Source: a virus
Taxonomy: Duplodnaviria; Caudoviricetes
Strand: one strand, 5' to 3'
IMG/VR virus record: IMGVR_UViG_3300017914_001789
Location: 1 to 32,606 of that record
DNA length: 32,606 nt
How positions within the stretch are numbered: position 1 is the first letter of the stretch; every line of letters begins with the position of its first letter. Positions 16,357-26,280 of this stretch are shown here, in pieces. The notes beneath the pieces were generated by a model. It had not been told where the DNA came from, searched no databases, and saw only the letters and a list, made by a program, of their open reading frames with translations. The position numbers and the translations under genes are program-made.

Positions 16357-17952
16357 TTATCCTTTTAAGAACTGTGCATTAGGCACTGACTGATGAATTT
16401 TTTCTACAGTTCCATCATCATTTGCATATATCTCTTGTGCTTTTCTCAAAGTTCCACCATCATTTACAAACACACCCTTGACCTTTGCAAGAGGGCCAAT
16501 CGGTCTAGTGGTAGAATAAGGTGTTTGATATACAAACGGTGATCTGTGATTGTAAGTAAACGGTGACCTATTCTGATATGTCTGAGGTTGTCTTGCATTT
16601 GCAATATAGGGTTGCTGTGCATTTACTGGATTACCATATGAGAACGGTGATCTATGTTGATAGATTATAGGTTGTCTTGCATTTGCAATGTATGGATACG
16701 GTTGTTGTGCATCACTTGGTTGTCTCGCATTTGCAATGTATGGGTACGGTTGCTGTGCGTTATACGGATTTGCTTCCTGAGCAGACACGGGATTCTGATA
16801 AGTAAATGGAGACTGATGATCATAAGTTCTTTGTGCAGTTCCTTGTCTTGCATAGGTAAACGGTGAAGGATGATCATAAGTTGTTTGTGCAGTCACCTGA
16901 ATAATCGTAGGTGTTCTTCCCTGTGCAGAACCCTGTGCAGTTGCAATTGCTTGTGCTGGAGTTCTTCCAGTTGCCTGAGTGGGTGTTCTTCCAGTTGCCT
17001 GAGTGGGTGTTCGTCCCTGTCTAGAATAATTTACCTGAGCCTGTGAAATAACGGGTTGTGTCACAGTAAACTGATAAGTTGTTACAGGTCTTTGTCCTGT
17101 TTTCTGAGTAGTATATGGGAAAGGACTTCTAAATGCACCAAGTGGGCCCAAATATGGTGAAATTACTGGTTGCTGACCTTGACTCTGACTAAAATATGGA
17201 TATGGTTGTTGACTAATAGACGTTACAAACTGTGCAACGGTCTGTTGATTCGAAGGTATAGGTGATCTATATGTACTTGGCCCATACTCATCAGAATCAT
17301 ATACAAGTTGCTGTCCTTGAGTAGTCGAAGGTATTCGGCCTGGATTCTGATACGGTTGTTGTCTCTGATACGGTTGCTGTGCTTGTGCAATAAACGGATA
17401 CGTTGTTTGTGTAATAAACGGATACGTTGTTTGTGTTATATACGGATACGGATTCTGATAACTTACCTGATATGCAAACGGATATGTAAACGGATACGGT
17501 TGTTGAGCATTAGTAGCAACTTGATAATTTATTTGCCCAATATTAGGTTCTTGAGCTTGTGCAATATACGGATAAGTATAAGGTTGCTGTCTGATAACAG
17601 GTTGTGAAGCATTTACAGGGTTTCTATATGTAAACGGACTCTGTTGTTGATAGGTAAACGGTGACCTACCCTGTCTTGCATAGGTAAAGGGATTCTGATA
17701 AGTGAACGGAGTTCTACCCTGTCTTGCATAGGTAAACGGAGACTGTTTACTTCTTATGTTTGGTTCTTGTGCGTTTACAATGTTTTGATATGTAAACGGT
17801 GACCTGTTCTGATAAGTAAATGGGGTCTGAGAGTTAGCAATATAAGGTTGCTGTATATCCCTTATGTTTGGTTCTTGACCATTTGCAGGCACTTGACCTT
17901 GGTACGGTTGTTGAAAAGTCGACCCTGTATTGATGTAGATTTCATCAGCCAT
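16357..17952 (-). CDS. Pro/Gln/Tyr/Thr-rich repeat protein with internal mirror architecture (hairpin zipper), putative virion fibre
   Basis: Same repeat vocabulary as the 370-aa and 320-aa proteins; C-terminal KVKGVFVNDGGTLRKAQEIYANDDG domain. Confidence 0.8.
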   Translation of the reverse strand: MADEIYINTGSTFQQPYQGQVPANGQEPNIRDIQQPYIANSQTPFTYQNRSPFTYQNIVNAQEPNIRSKQSPFTYARQGRTPFTYQNPFTYARQGRSPFTYQQQSPFTYRNPVNASQPVIRQQPYTYPYIAQAQEPNIGQINYQVATNAQQPYPFTYPFAYQVSYQNPYPYITQTTYPFITQTTYPFIAQAQQPYQRQQPYQNPGRIPSTTQGQQLVYDSDEYGPSTYRSPIPSNQQTVAQFVTSISQQPYPYFSQSQGQQPVISPYLGPLGAFRSPFPYTTQKTGQRPVTTYQFTVTQPVISQAQVNYSRQGRTPTQATGRTPTQATGRTPAQAIATAQGSAQGRTPTIIQVTAQTTYDHPSPFTYARQGTAQRTYDHQSPFTYQNPVSAQEANPYNAQQPYPYIANARQPSDAQQPYPYIANARQPIIYQHRSPFSYGNPVNAQQPYIANARQPQTYQNRSPFTYNHRSPFVYQTPYSTTRPIGPLAKVKGVFVNDGGTLRKAQEIYANDDGTVEKIHQSVPNAQFLKG

Positions 17953-17953
17953 A

Positions 17954-19204
17954 TCATACTACAAACCAAAGGTGACCAGTCGAAGTTGACCCAACACCAC
18001 TTGGTGCAGTAGATACAATCTCATAATCCAACTCGACATCATCACCATCGATTTTCACTCCATTTGAAGTATTTACACTAAACGAACCTGAACCACTCAA
18101 TGCTAAACCAGCACCACCACTCAAGTAACTCTGAACATCTGAGTCACCATATTGTGCAGCTGCAGAGAAAGCAAGTGTGTTCGTAGCATCATCATAAGTT
18201 ACTGTAATGTTACTATGTGTTGCAGACGTAATCATTACTGCAGCAGCGTCCTGTGCATCTTCATCTGTATAAGTTGCAGCTGCATTTTGGTTTTCCCAAT
18301 AATTACCTGTCCCATTCCATACTAAGACTTGTCCATTAGAAGGGGATGATGTCTGTACATCACTTAGTGAACTAAAATTGTGGTTAGTAATACTTGAAAC
18401 TGTACCTGTCAATGCACCAGTTGATGCATCCAATACTACTGAACCGTTATGTTTAACATCTCCTGTGACATCGCCAGTTATATCACCCGTGATATCACCA
18501 ACAAAATTTGTAGATGTTATAGATGAAAATCCTGTACCGACACCACCAGTAAATTGTGCAGTTCCATCTGAAATAATTGGGAACTGAACTTTCTTTCCAC
18601 TTGCAGTTGCAACGATATCATCTTCTGCAAAAGTTTTACCTGCTAGTTGTAATGTGTATCCTGACTCTAGTACGGTTGTTCTTGAGGAACTATCTCCATT
18701 TAGAATAACACCGTTAGAGTTAATGTTGTAAATTGTATTTGCAGCGGTCTCAGTAAATTGTCCTGTACTACTACCAGCACCACCACCGTCTCCTAATACG
18801 GAACCAGTAAATGTATAAATTGTGATGGTGTCACTTGCAGAAGCACCACTGTTAAGTGTGATACTACTTGCAACACCATTCGTTAATGTTCCAATAGTAA
18901 AGTCATCACCTTCAATTAAGTGATCTGCATTTTGGAAAACTTGGAATCGGCCTGGTCTGATTTTTACGGTCTTATTATCATTTTCATCAGTAGAATCAAA
19001 GACCGTTTGTGATGCAGTTGCAGTGAACGTAAATGAATCGAAATAGAAAGTTCTATTTTCCATTTCATTAATTGCATCGACTAAGTTATCATTGTTGTTG
19101 ATAGTCCCAGCAAGACCAGTAATAGTTCCAACGTCACCTGCTAGTGCGTTGTAATTATTTCTAAACTCTTCTAGTGTTTGATTTCTATTTACTGTTCTAG
19201 CCAT
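17954..19204 (-). CDS. Fibre/whisker-like virion protein
   Basis: N-terminal TLEEFR..YN...NLVDAINE, LSDV...PSNGQVLVWNG..W; ends STAPSGVGSTSTGHLWFVV. Confidence 0.7.
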   Translation of the reverse strand: MARTVNRNQTLEEFRNNYNALAGDVGTITGLAGTINNNDNLVDAINEMENRTFYFDSFTFTATASQTVFDSTDENDNKTVKIRPGRFQVFQNADHLIEGDDFTIGTLTNGVASSITLNSGASASDTITIYTFTGSVLGDGGGAGSSTGQFTETAANTIYNINSNGVILNGDSSSRTTVLESGYTLQLAGKTFAEDDIVATASGKKVQFPIISDGTAQFTGGVGTGFSSITSTNFVGDITGDITGDVTGDVKHNGSVVLDASTGALTGTVSSITNHNFSSLSDVQTSSPSNGQVLVWNGTGNYWENQNAAATYTDEDAQDAAAVMITSATHSNITVTYDDATNTLAFSAAAQYGDSDVQSYLSGGAGLALSGSGSFSVNTSNGVKIDGDDVELDYEIVSTAPSGVGSTSTGHLWFVV

Positions 19205-19400
19205 GGTTATTAATTAGTTCCTTTAATAGTCCTTTGATCTCTGTAACTTCTTGTCTTAAACTATTTATCTCTTCTCTCTGATTTCTTAATAATTGTCTTC
19301 TTCTCATAGTAAGACGATATTGCTCAACATCTGTATTGACGATTGCATGAGATTCTTCGTCTCTTATTAAATGTGCATGTCCTTCTACTTTGATACCCAT
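19197..19400 (-). CDS. Small conserved coiled-coil protein following the VrlC-like gene
   Basis: IKVEGHAHLIRD..SHAIVN..EINSLRQEVTEIKGLL. The start is more likely 19400 (TAATG overlap with the upstream stop) than 19418. Confidence 0.75.
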   Translation of the reverse strand: MGIKVEGHAHLIRDEESHAIVNTDVEQYRLTMRRRQLLRNQREEINSLRQEVTEIKGLLKELINNHG

Positions 19401-22400
19401 TATGCTAATGCCATACATCTAAGTGCAGACACCGCTGGTACTACACATGAGTTTTGTCCTTGTCCTACGATCTTAACCACAAATCCAGTGAATTCAGGGA
19501 GATCGTCTGCAGTATATTCATACTCTTTAAAGTTTCTCTGATCTGTTTCGATTGCTGTATCAGGTGAACCATCAGTATTGAAATATTCAAATCCGATATC
19601 ATCAAGTGGTGTGGTTTCATCTGCTTTAATTAGTTTGTACATAAACTTAAGATCAGTTGTAGGTGGTCTAAAGTTATCTGCAATAACTTTCAAACTTGTA
19701 GCAGGTGTTTTAAGGTTCACTTTTCTTGTAACATAAACCATTGCATTGTTGTCACCTTCAGGTTCAGTAGAAGCTGAATATGTAACTCCTGACGGCACAT
19801 CTCCACTACTGTTAATCTCATTGATTCTGTTTGCAATAGCAATACATCCTGTTGTACCCACATCAATAACAGGTGAAACTGTTACACTTGGTGTAAACAT
19901 TTGTAATAATAGTCTGAATGATTTTGTACTAGACATTTCATTCGTTTCATTGATACCTGAAGCAACGACGCCTGGGTTATCTAAGAATGAGTTATCATTC
20001 AAAGTGATGAAGTTATTCTGACTTCTTCTTTGATATGATGAATCACCTGTTGCAATATGTCCTTCAGGAGACTTCATTGCAGTAGATTCTGTACTTGCAA
20101 TAATTTTACCACCTGACCTTGCAATTGAAGGAATCATTGTATGCAATGTATCAAAATAATAGTTTCTAGACGATGTTACATCTTGGCCACCACCACTAGT
20201 TGTTTCTAATGCAGTGTAACCAGTCTTAAATTTATTGTTTCCAATATAACTTGATAAGTCAACAGTAACATCAAATGAGTCAATACCAATATTAGCTATT
20301 GCAGTGTAAGTTACTTCTGTGCTTCCACCAATTGCATCTACTGGAAGACCACCAAGAGTTTCACCGATTGATGCAATGGTAACTGTTAAATCATTTGAAC
20401 CACTTCCATCAGTTGCATTATCGAAATCTTCAAATGTAACTGTGTCGTTAGCTGCAAATCCTTGGCCTGGGTCTACTATTCTCACATCTGTAACTGCACC
20501 ACTTGCGATAGTTACATCAACTTTTAGACCAGTACCACTACCTGAAGTAGAGTCTTGAGTCCTTGATGTAAATGTACCATCTGTTGCAGCTGCAGACAAT
20601 GTAGGACTTGATAATGTGATTGCTGAACCAACTCTATCTCCAACGATACCTTTTATTTCTACATTCGAACTTGTATCGTACATACCATGCATGTAATTAG
20701 CAATCTTTACGTTTGCACTTGATGCTGTTGTTTGAATTGGATTTCTTGCAAGTTTAGGTTTATCGATTGCATCATTCTCAAAATATAGAGCTGCAGTTTT
20801 TGTTGTATCAAACTGTGCAATATTGAACTGGAACTTCAGATCATCCGTTTGTTCTGCAGTCCATGTTGATGCGTTTTGTGATAAGAATAAGGAACCTGCG
20901 TATGGTTGTCCTGAAATTGTTTCTCCAGTAATTAAATCTGCTTCACCCATTCTTGAAATAAAACACTCATAGTCGTTTGAGTTTGAATAAACTACAAAAC
21001 AGAACTCAGTATTTTCTTCTACAAAGACTGGTGAATCAAATGTAAAGGTTGTTTTTGCAGAAGCATCTTCTGAGATATTTACATCTTCAGGGTTTAATGT
21101 CTTCACTGAGAAAGGATATACAATTTGGCCTGGATATCCATTCACCATATTTCTAAGTTCTACTGAAACTGGCATGTGAGTTGACTTTGCTTGGAAGTAA
21201 AGATCGATACCTGTTACCATCATACCACCCTTAACTTCACACAAAATAGATTGTGCAAGTGGGTCACTCCAGTTAAAGTTTTCGGTGACATCCATAAATC
21301 CATCACCACCAATAAACATGTTAGGTATTCTAGGTGGTCTGAATGCATCTGTAGTGATTCTTAAATCAGGAACTTCAAACAAGAACATATTCCTTGGTTG
21401 TATATCAGGAATATCAGGAATCTCAAATATATCAGCTGCAATGTCAATTTCTTCAATAATTGCAACTTGCTCCTCTAGTAGTGGAGCATCTTCAAAGATT
21501 TCTTCAATTTCTACACTGACTTGAGTGGTAGGAATTATAGCTTCATTAGTAGTTCCAGCATCTGTTACTGTTTCAGTATCAGGGTTATCTACTGTAATTT
21601 CCTCTTCTTCAGGGGGTGGAGTTGTATCCACTGGAATTGGAGGTGCTTGTGTATCTATTTGACCGACATTGAGTCTTTCACCTCTTCTTGTATTTTGTCT
21701 AGTTGCAGTTGTTCTCTCTGTGATAACTCTACCATTTCGAGTAGACGTAATTTCTGTTTGACTAGACTGTAGCAAACCTTGTGCTTGGTAAATACCTCTT
21801 GCACCACTCGGAGGATTCGATAAATTATAGTATGAAGATGTAATCTTCAATTCTCTTTGACCTGTTGGGAATCTTTGTGTACTATCATTTGGTAACTCAA
21901 AGAAAGCTCTCAGTCTTCCGTTACCATCAGATTTTACATTATCAGACACAGTGAGACCACCACCAACTGAATAGTTAGTAGAGTGTGGTCTAATGTATTT
22001 GTCTACTCTAATTCCATCAAAGAAGAAGAAGTGGTTTGTGTTTGGTTTTAAATTAGTTGCATCAACCTCAATTGTCCTTGCTCTCATGAACGGAATAATT
22101 GATACTGATACTATTCTATCATTTCTTGTTTCTGTAAAGTCTTCTACTACAGAAGTTGTTACACCTGTTCTAGTTTGAATCTCAGGGGTCTCTGTAATAT
22201 CTCTAGTAATCTCTGTACCTGCTTGCCATGTACCCCCTTGAGTTGGGTCACCACTCCATGAACCACTAGAAGTAGATTGTACTTCTGTAGATACAACTGT
22301 TGGTGTGCCTGCCCAAGTTGTTTGCCAGTTATTCCAAACTGTACCTAATGAATTTCCAACTCCAGCAAGAACTGCATCAAAATTACCTTCTCTGTTTATT

Positions 22401-25400
22401 CTAACATCAGGTAATCTTTCTGAGTCATTCCAAATATCATTCTCAGGTGTTAATTTGACATTACCGATAAATGCAAAGACGTGATATGGGTTAACATTGA
22501 TATGTCTTGATGCTTTATTTTGGTCAACATATTTTGTTGTTGTGTATGGTAATGTAATTAGATCACCAGTTTTTTGATAGTTTTTTGATGTATTTGTATT
22601 CAATGATACATCAAAGAATTGTTGGAATGTCTGAGGTCTAAGCATACCCATTTCAGTATCGATAGAACACTTGTAATCAGGATGATTTACGTCACCAATT
22701 TTGTGACCTCTAAAGTTATCTACTAAGAATCCTGACTTGTATCTATCAAAACCATCTGCATCTAATATCTGAGCAGATTGGGTATCTTTCTCTAACAATG
22801 AGAGTGAAGTAATTCTTTCTAGATTGGTAACTCTGTTATTGATCTTACCAATATCCTTCATCGTATATCTACGATGGTCAAAACTTCTTACTCTTATTTT
22901 CTTTAAATCTTTAGTAAAAGCAGGGATGAACAATTCAAACATTTCAATTGCATCATCAATTGCTTTTGGTTTTGTAGGTGAGAGTGCTGGTGTACCAACT
23001 GCTACATCAAATCTACCATCACTTCTCAAGAAAATTTTATCAATTCTTGAAACGTAGAATCTGATATCACCTGTAGTTGAAATTGAAGGTACTGGAGTAT
23101 CTAATGCACTTGCTCCAGTTGATGCAAAGTCCTTACTATCATATGCAAACGGGTCATTACTTAAACCACTTGAAATATTTGCTGGATTAGTTGGGTCGGG
23201 TTGTGTTGTGGCAAAGTTTGCATCTGAATACAACTGACCTACACTTGGTCTAAAGTCTAGTGCATCTGATAATTCAAACTGACCATCAGGTTCTAGACCA
23301 CCAAGGTCTACTTTGTTTGGTGAGTATACAGGTATCTCATCATATTCGATACCACTATACGAATTTACATCATAGAATTGTCCACCACTTCCTGTGAAGT
23401 AATCGAACACTATGAGTATTGAATTGTTCGGTGAAGGTGCGCCAGGCTTCAATGTGATCTTAGAGTGATCATAGAAACCATCTCTCTGACCATCGTCAAA
23501 GAAATATCTATCAGTAATATTGTCACTACCTGTTGTTACTGTTCCTAATGTTGCAGTTGCATTTGACGTTTGACCAACTACTGATTCACCTTCATTGAAA
23601 GTGAAGTTATTAAGATAATAGAAATATGATGCAGCACCACCATTATACTTGATGATTCTTGCTCTTGCACCTGTAGTTTGTCCTACAATAATTTCATCGT
23701 TCTGAGGTGTGCCTGATGCAACGGTTAAAATTGCACTAGGAGGTAGAGGTGTAGAACCACCAATACCCTCATAAATTCCTCTAACTTTAAATACGTCTGC
23801 GACACCTAAAGAGATATCTTTATTATCGTAACATGTTCCATAATCCGATGCACCTGCTGAGTAAGCAGTATCAACGATTGCACATCTTGATCTTCTAAGT
23901 GTCTTGTCTCTGTTTACTGGAGAATCTAATTGTACTGCATATGATACAATAAAGTCTACTCCATCGGACACACTACCAACACTGAATGTATATCTTTCAG
24001 TTGTTGCAGTAGGTGAAGTTTTATTTGCACTTGAATTTGTTGGGTCAATCTCTGCACCCAATACATCACTACCACCTGAATTACCGTTTAAGTCAAAGAT
24101 GGAGATTTGGAAATTATCTCTAGATAGTTGTAGGAATTGTTCGTTGTTATCTGTATCAACAACAAGGTTACCACCTGAACAACTAATAATCTTTTGTTTT
24201 TTAACTGTTACTGTGTCGGGGGCATGTGAAACAACGTAGTCTCTTGGCCATGCATAGATAGCAGCTGCTTGTTCTTGATTGTAAATCTTTGTTCTTCTTC
24301 TAAAACAGTTAGCATTACTTAATGCACCAACACCACTTGTTGCAACTGTTTGAGCTGCAATATTACTTGTTATTGATGAGATAACTTGTTCGTTACCACT
24401 ACCATCAATAATGATGTCACCTTTCTTAAGTTCTGAAGTAAATCTTGTTCCAAAACCTGAAATCACACCAGCAGCTGTAATCGATACTGAGCCTGATAAT
24501 ACAAAGTCATCATCTGCAATCACATCTGCAGTAAAATCTGCGTGATCAGCATTTGATCTTTCTTGACCTATACCTCTAACTCTGTCGATGTTAAATGTTC
24601 TAACTTGGTTTGCAATACCTCTGAAATTTTCACCTACGATTGTACATGAGAAGTCACCATCACCTTCGGATGATACTGTCTCACCGTGAGCAAACTGTCC
24701 TACGACATCGTGAACATATATTGCATCTGAATCATTGTCGTATGCAACAATACCATGAGCTCCTGAAGTACCACCAACTAATCTATCTCCAGCATTTGCA
24801 GTCCCAGTGTGAGAACTGTAACCAATCTTTGTGAACATCTTGACATCAAAGAGATATAGGTTGATTCCATCTTCAGTGTCACCTGAAACATCATGTGCAT
24901 CTACATAACGAATTCTTGCAAAACCAATGTGATCATTTGAACCTAAACTTCCACCTGTTAGAGTGTCTTCAAATAATTGACATCTTGCATAAGGTACAAT
25001 TGATTGACTTCCTGATTCATTTCCGAAATCAGGGAAACCAAATAAGTTTTCTGCTTTAACATAGTTACCAAGTCTTGTCGGAGTTTTTGCACCTCTGATA
25101 GTTGATGTCGATCTGGCTTTTGCCATCGTAATATTGGTAGTTCCAATCTTATCGATCTCATAACCTTTAACGTATGCTTTACCTGGCGAGATGGAGAATA
25201 CAAATTTTTCTTTTTTACCACCCCTTGCCTTTGTATAGAAACCTGCGTTTGTTGTATCATCTAAATGTTCTCTCATACTATGAGTGAATTGTTGAACAAC
25301 AAAGTCACCTGATTGGTCAAATGTTCTTCTTGCAAGAGTGTGTTCTATCTCTGAATAGATAGGTCTAGTTACTTTATTTTCAATGACACCACCATTGACT

Positions 25401-26245
25401 CTTAATAGTTCAATAAAGTTTGCATCATCTGTATCTGATAATTCTATTTTTTTGAATACGAGATTATACTTGAATCTGTCAGCACCAGCTGCATTCTCGT
25501 TTGAAGTTCCCTGTGCATTATCGTAAAGAGATGTATCTTCAGCAGTCGAGATGATCTCTTCGTTAATTTGTAAACCAATTCTGTAAGATGGTTTTGGATT
25601 ATACTTTTCAAGAATTAAATCTTGAGCATCTACCTTTACAAAGAAACCTCTGACAAAGACTACACCTTCATTGATGTTTGCATAAGATGAACGACCAATT
25701 GGAACTTCTGATGCATCCTCTACTGTGAAATCGTTATTACTTGAAGAGTCTTCTGAAACAGTACCATTTTGATCAATACTACAAAGAACTAATGTCTCTC
25801 CAGCTTTGAATGAGAATGAATGTTTTGTGTCTGTGCCTTGTCTTTCGAATCTAACAAATAAAGTTAGTTTATCTGTTGATGTCTCTGCAGTGGAAGTGAT
25901 GACTTGACCAACAACACCTGTTGTTTGACCAACAATCATTTTTCCATGATAGGAAGTTCTGTAGTCTTCTACATTTGAATCACCTGAACTATTTGGATTT
26001 TCTGCTTTTACTTTTACGAAGTATAAATCAAAGTCGACATCAGATTGAGCTCCACTAACAATAGAACCCTCTTCAAAGAAGTGAGACCCTAATCTATCTA
26101 CCTGATTTTGTAAGATAGATTGTGTTTGTGTTAACTCTCTTGCCTGAAGTGGTCTTCCAGCTCTATAAAGAACTTTATGAAATTTCTTAGACTCCGAGTA
26201 GTCATCGTAATAGGGTGATATATTTAAATCAGTCTTCTCTGCCAT
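19400..26245 (-). CDS. Giant virion structural protein, VrlC / DUF4815-like
   Basis: DLNISPYYDDY, LQARELTQTQSILQNQ, LARRTFDQSGDF, RRYTMKDIG, RYKSGFLVDNF, DPLAQS, GSLFLSQNASTWTAEQTDDLKF. Confidence 0.88.
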   Translation of the reverse strand: MAEKTDLNISPYYDDYSESKKFHKVLYRAGRPLQARELTQTQSILQNQVDRLGSHFFEEGSIVSGAQSDVDFDLYFVKVKAENPNSSGDSNVEDYRTSYHGKMIVGQTTGVVGQVITSTAETSTDKLTLFVRFERQGTDTKHSFSFKAGETLVLCSIDQNGTVSEDSSSNNDFTVEDASEVPIGRSSYANINEGVVFVRGFFVKVDAQDLILEKYNPKPSYRIGLQINEEIISTAEDTSLYDNAQGTSNENAAGADRFKYNLVFKKIELSDTDDANFIELLRVNGGVIENKVTRPIYSEIEHTLARRTFDQSGDFVVQQFTHSMREHLDDTTNAGFYTKARGGKKEKFVFSISPGKAYVKGYEIDKIGTTNITMAKARSTSTIRGAKTPTRLGNYVKAENLFGFPDFGNESGSQSIVPYARCQLFEDTLTGGSLGSNDHIGFARIRYVDAHDVSGDTEDGINLYLFDVKMFTKIGYSSHTGTANAGDRLVGGTSGAHGIVAYDNDSDAIYVHDVVGQFAHGETVSSEGDGDFSCTIVGENFRGIANQVRTFNIDRVRGIGQERSNADHADFTADVIADDDFVLSGSVSITAAGVISGFGTRFTSELKKGDIIIDGSGNEQVISSITSNIAAQTVATSGVGALSNANCFRRRTKIYNQEQAAAIYAWPRDYVVSHAPDTVTVKKQKIISCSGGNLVVDTDNNEQFLQLSRDNFQISIFDLNGNSGGSDVLGAEIDPTNSSANKTSPTATTERYTFSVGSVSDGVDFIVSYAVQLDSPVNRDKTLRRSRCAIVDTAYSAGASDYGTCYDNKDISLGVADVFKVRGIYEGIGGSTPLPPSAILTVASGTPQNDEIIVGQTTGARARIIKYNGGAASYFYYLNNFTFNEGESVVGQTSNATATLGTVTTGSDNITDRYFFDDGQRDGFYDHSKITLKPGAPSPNNSILIVFDYFTGSGGQFYDVNSYSGIEYDEIPVYSPNKVDLGGLEPDGQFELSDALDFRPSVGQLYSDANFATTQPDPTNPANISSGLSNDPFAYDSKDFASTGASALDTPVPSISTTGDIRFYVSRIDKIFLRSDGRFDVAVGTPALSPTKPKAIDDAIEMFELFIPAFTKDLKKIRVRSFDHRRYTMKDIGKINNRVTNLERITSLSLLEKDTQSAQILDADGFDRYKSGFLVDNFRGHKIGDVNHPDYKCSIDTEMGMLRPQTFQQFFDVSLNTNTSKNYQKTGDLITLPYTTTKYVDQNKASRHINVNPYHVFAFIGNVKLTPENDIWNDSERLPDVRINREGNFDAVLAGVGNSLGTVWNNWQTTWAGTPTVVSTEVQSTSSGSWSGDPTQGGTWQAGTEITRDITETPEIQTRTGVTTSVVEDFTETRNDRIVSVSIIPFMRARTIEVDATNLKPNTNHFFFFDGIRVDKYIRPHSTNYSVGGGLTVSDNVKSDGNGRLRAFFELPNDSTQRFPTGQRELKITSSYYNLSNPPSGARGIYQAQGLLQSSQTEITSTRNGRVITERTTATRQNTRRGERLNVGQIDTQAPPIPVDTTPPPEEEEITVDNPDTETVTDAGTTNEAIIPTTQVSVEIEEIFEDAPLLEEQVAIIEEIDIAADIFEIPDIPDIQPRNMFLFEVPDLRITTDAFRPPRIPNMFIGGDGFMDVTENFNWSDPLAQSILCEVKGGMMVTGIDLYFQAKSTHMPVSVELRNMVNGYPGQIVYPFSVKTLNPEDVNISEDASAKTTFTFDSPVFVEENTEFCFVVYSNSNDYECFISRMGEADLITGETISGQPYAGSLFLSQNASTWTAEQTDDLKFQFNIAQFDTTKTAALYFENDAIDKPKLARNPIQTTASSANVKIANYMHGMYDTSSNVEIKGIVGDRVGSAITLSSPTLSAAATDGTFTSRTQDSTSGSGTGLKVDVTIASGAVTDVRIVDPGQGFAANDTVTFEDFDNATDGSGSNDLTVTIASIGETLGGLPVDAIGGSTEVTYTAIANIGIDSFDVTVDLSSYIGNNKFKTGYTALETTSGGGQDVTSSRNYYFDTLHTMIPSIARSGGKIIASTESTAMKSPEGHIATGDSSYQRRSQNNFITLNDNSFLDNPGVVASGINETNEMSSTKSFRLLLQMFTPSVTVSPVIDVGTTGCIAIANRINEINSSGDVPSGVTYSASTEPEGDNNAMVYVTRKVNLKTPATSLKVIADNFRPPTTDLKFMYKLIKADETTPLDDIGFEYFNTDGSPDTAIETDQRNFKEYEYTADDLPEFTGFVVKIVGQGQNSCVVPAVSALRCMALA

Positions 26246-26280
26246 AGTTTACTCTTTTGTAAGTTAAAGATGTAAATCAA

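Noticed and set aside
8205-17952. Diversity-generating retroelement or invertible fibre cassette
   Set aside because: No reverse transcriptase or invertase in the window, and no adenine-specific template/variable repeat pair was seen.
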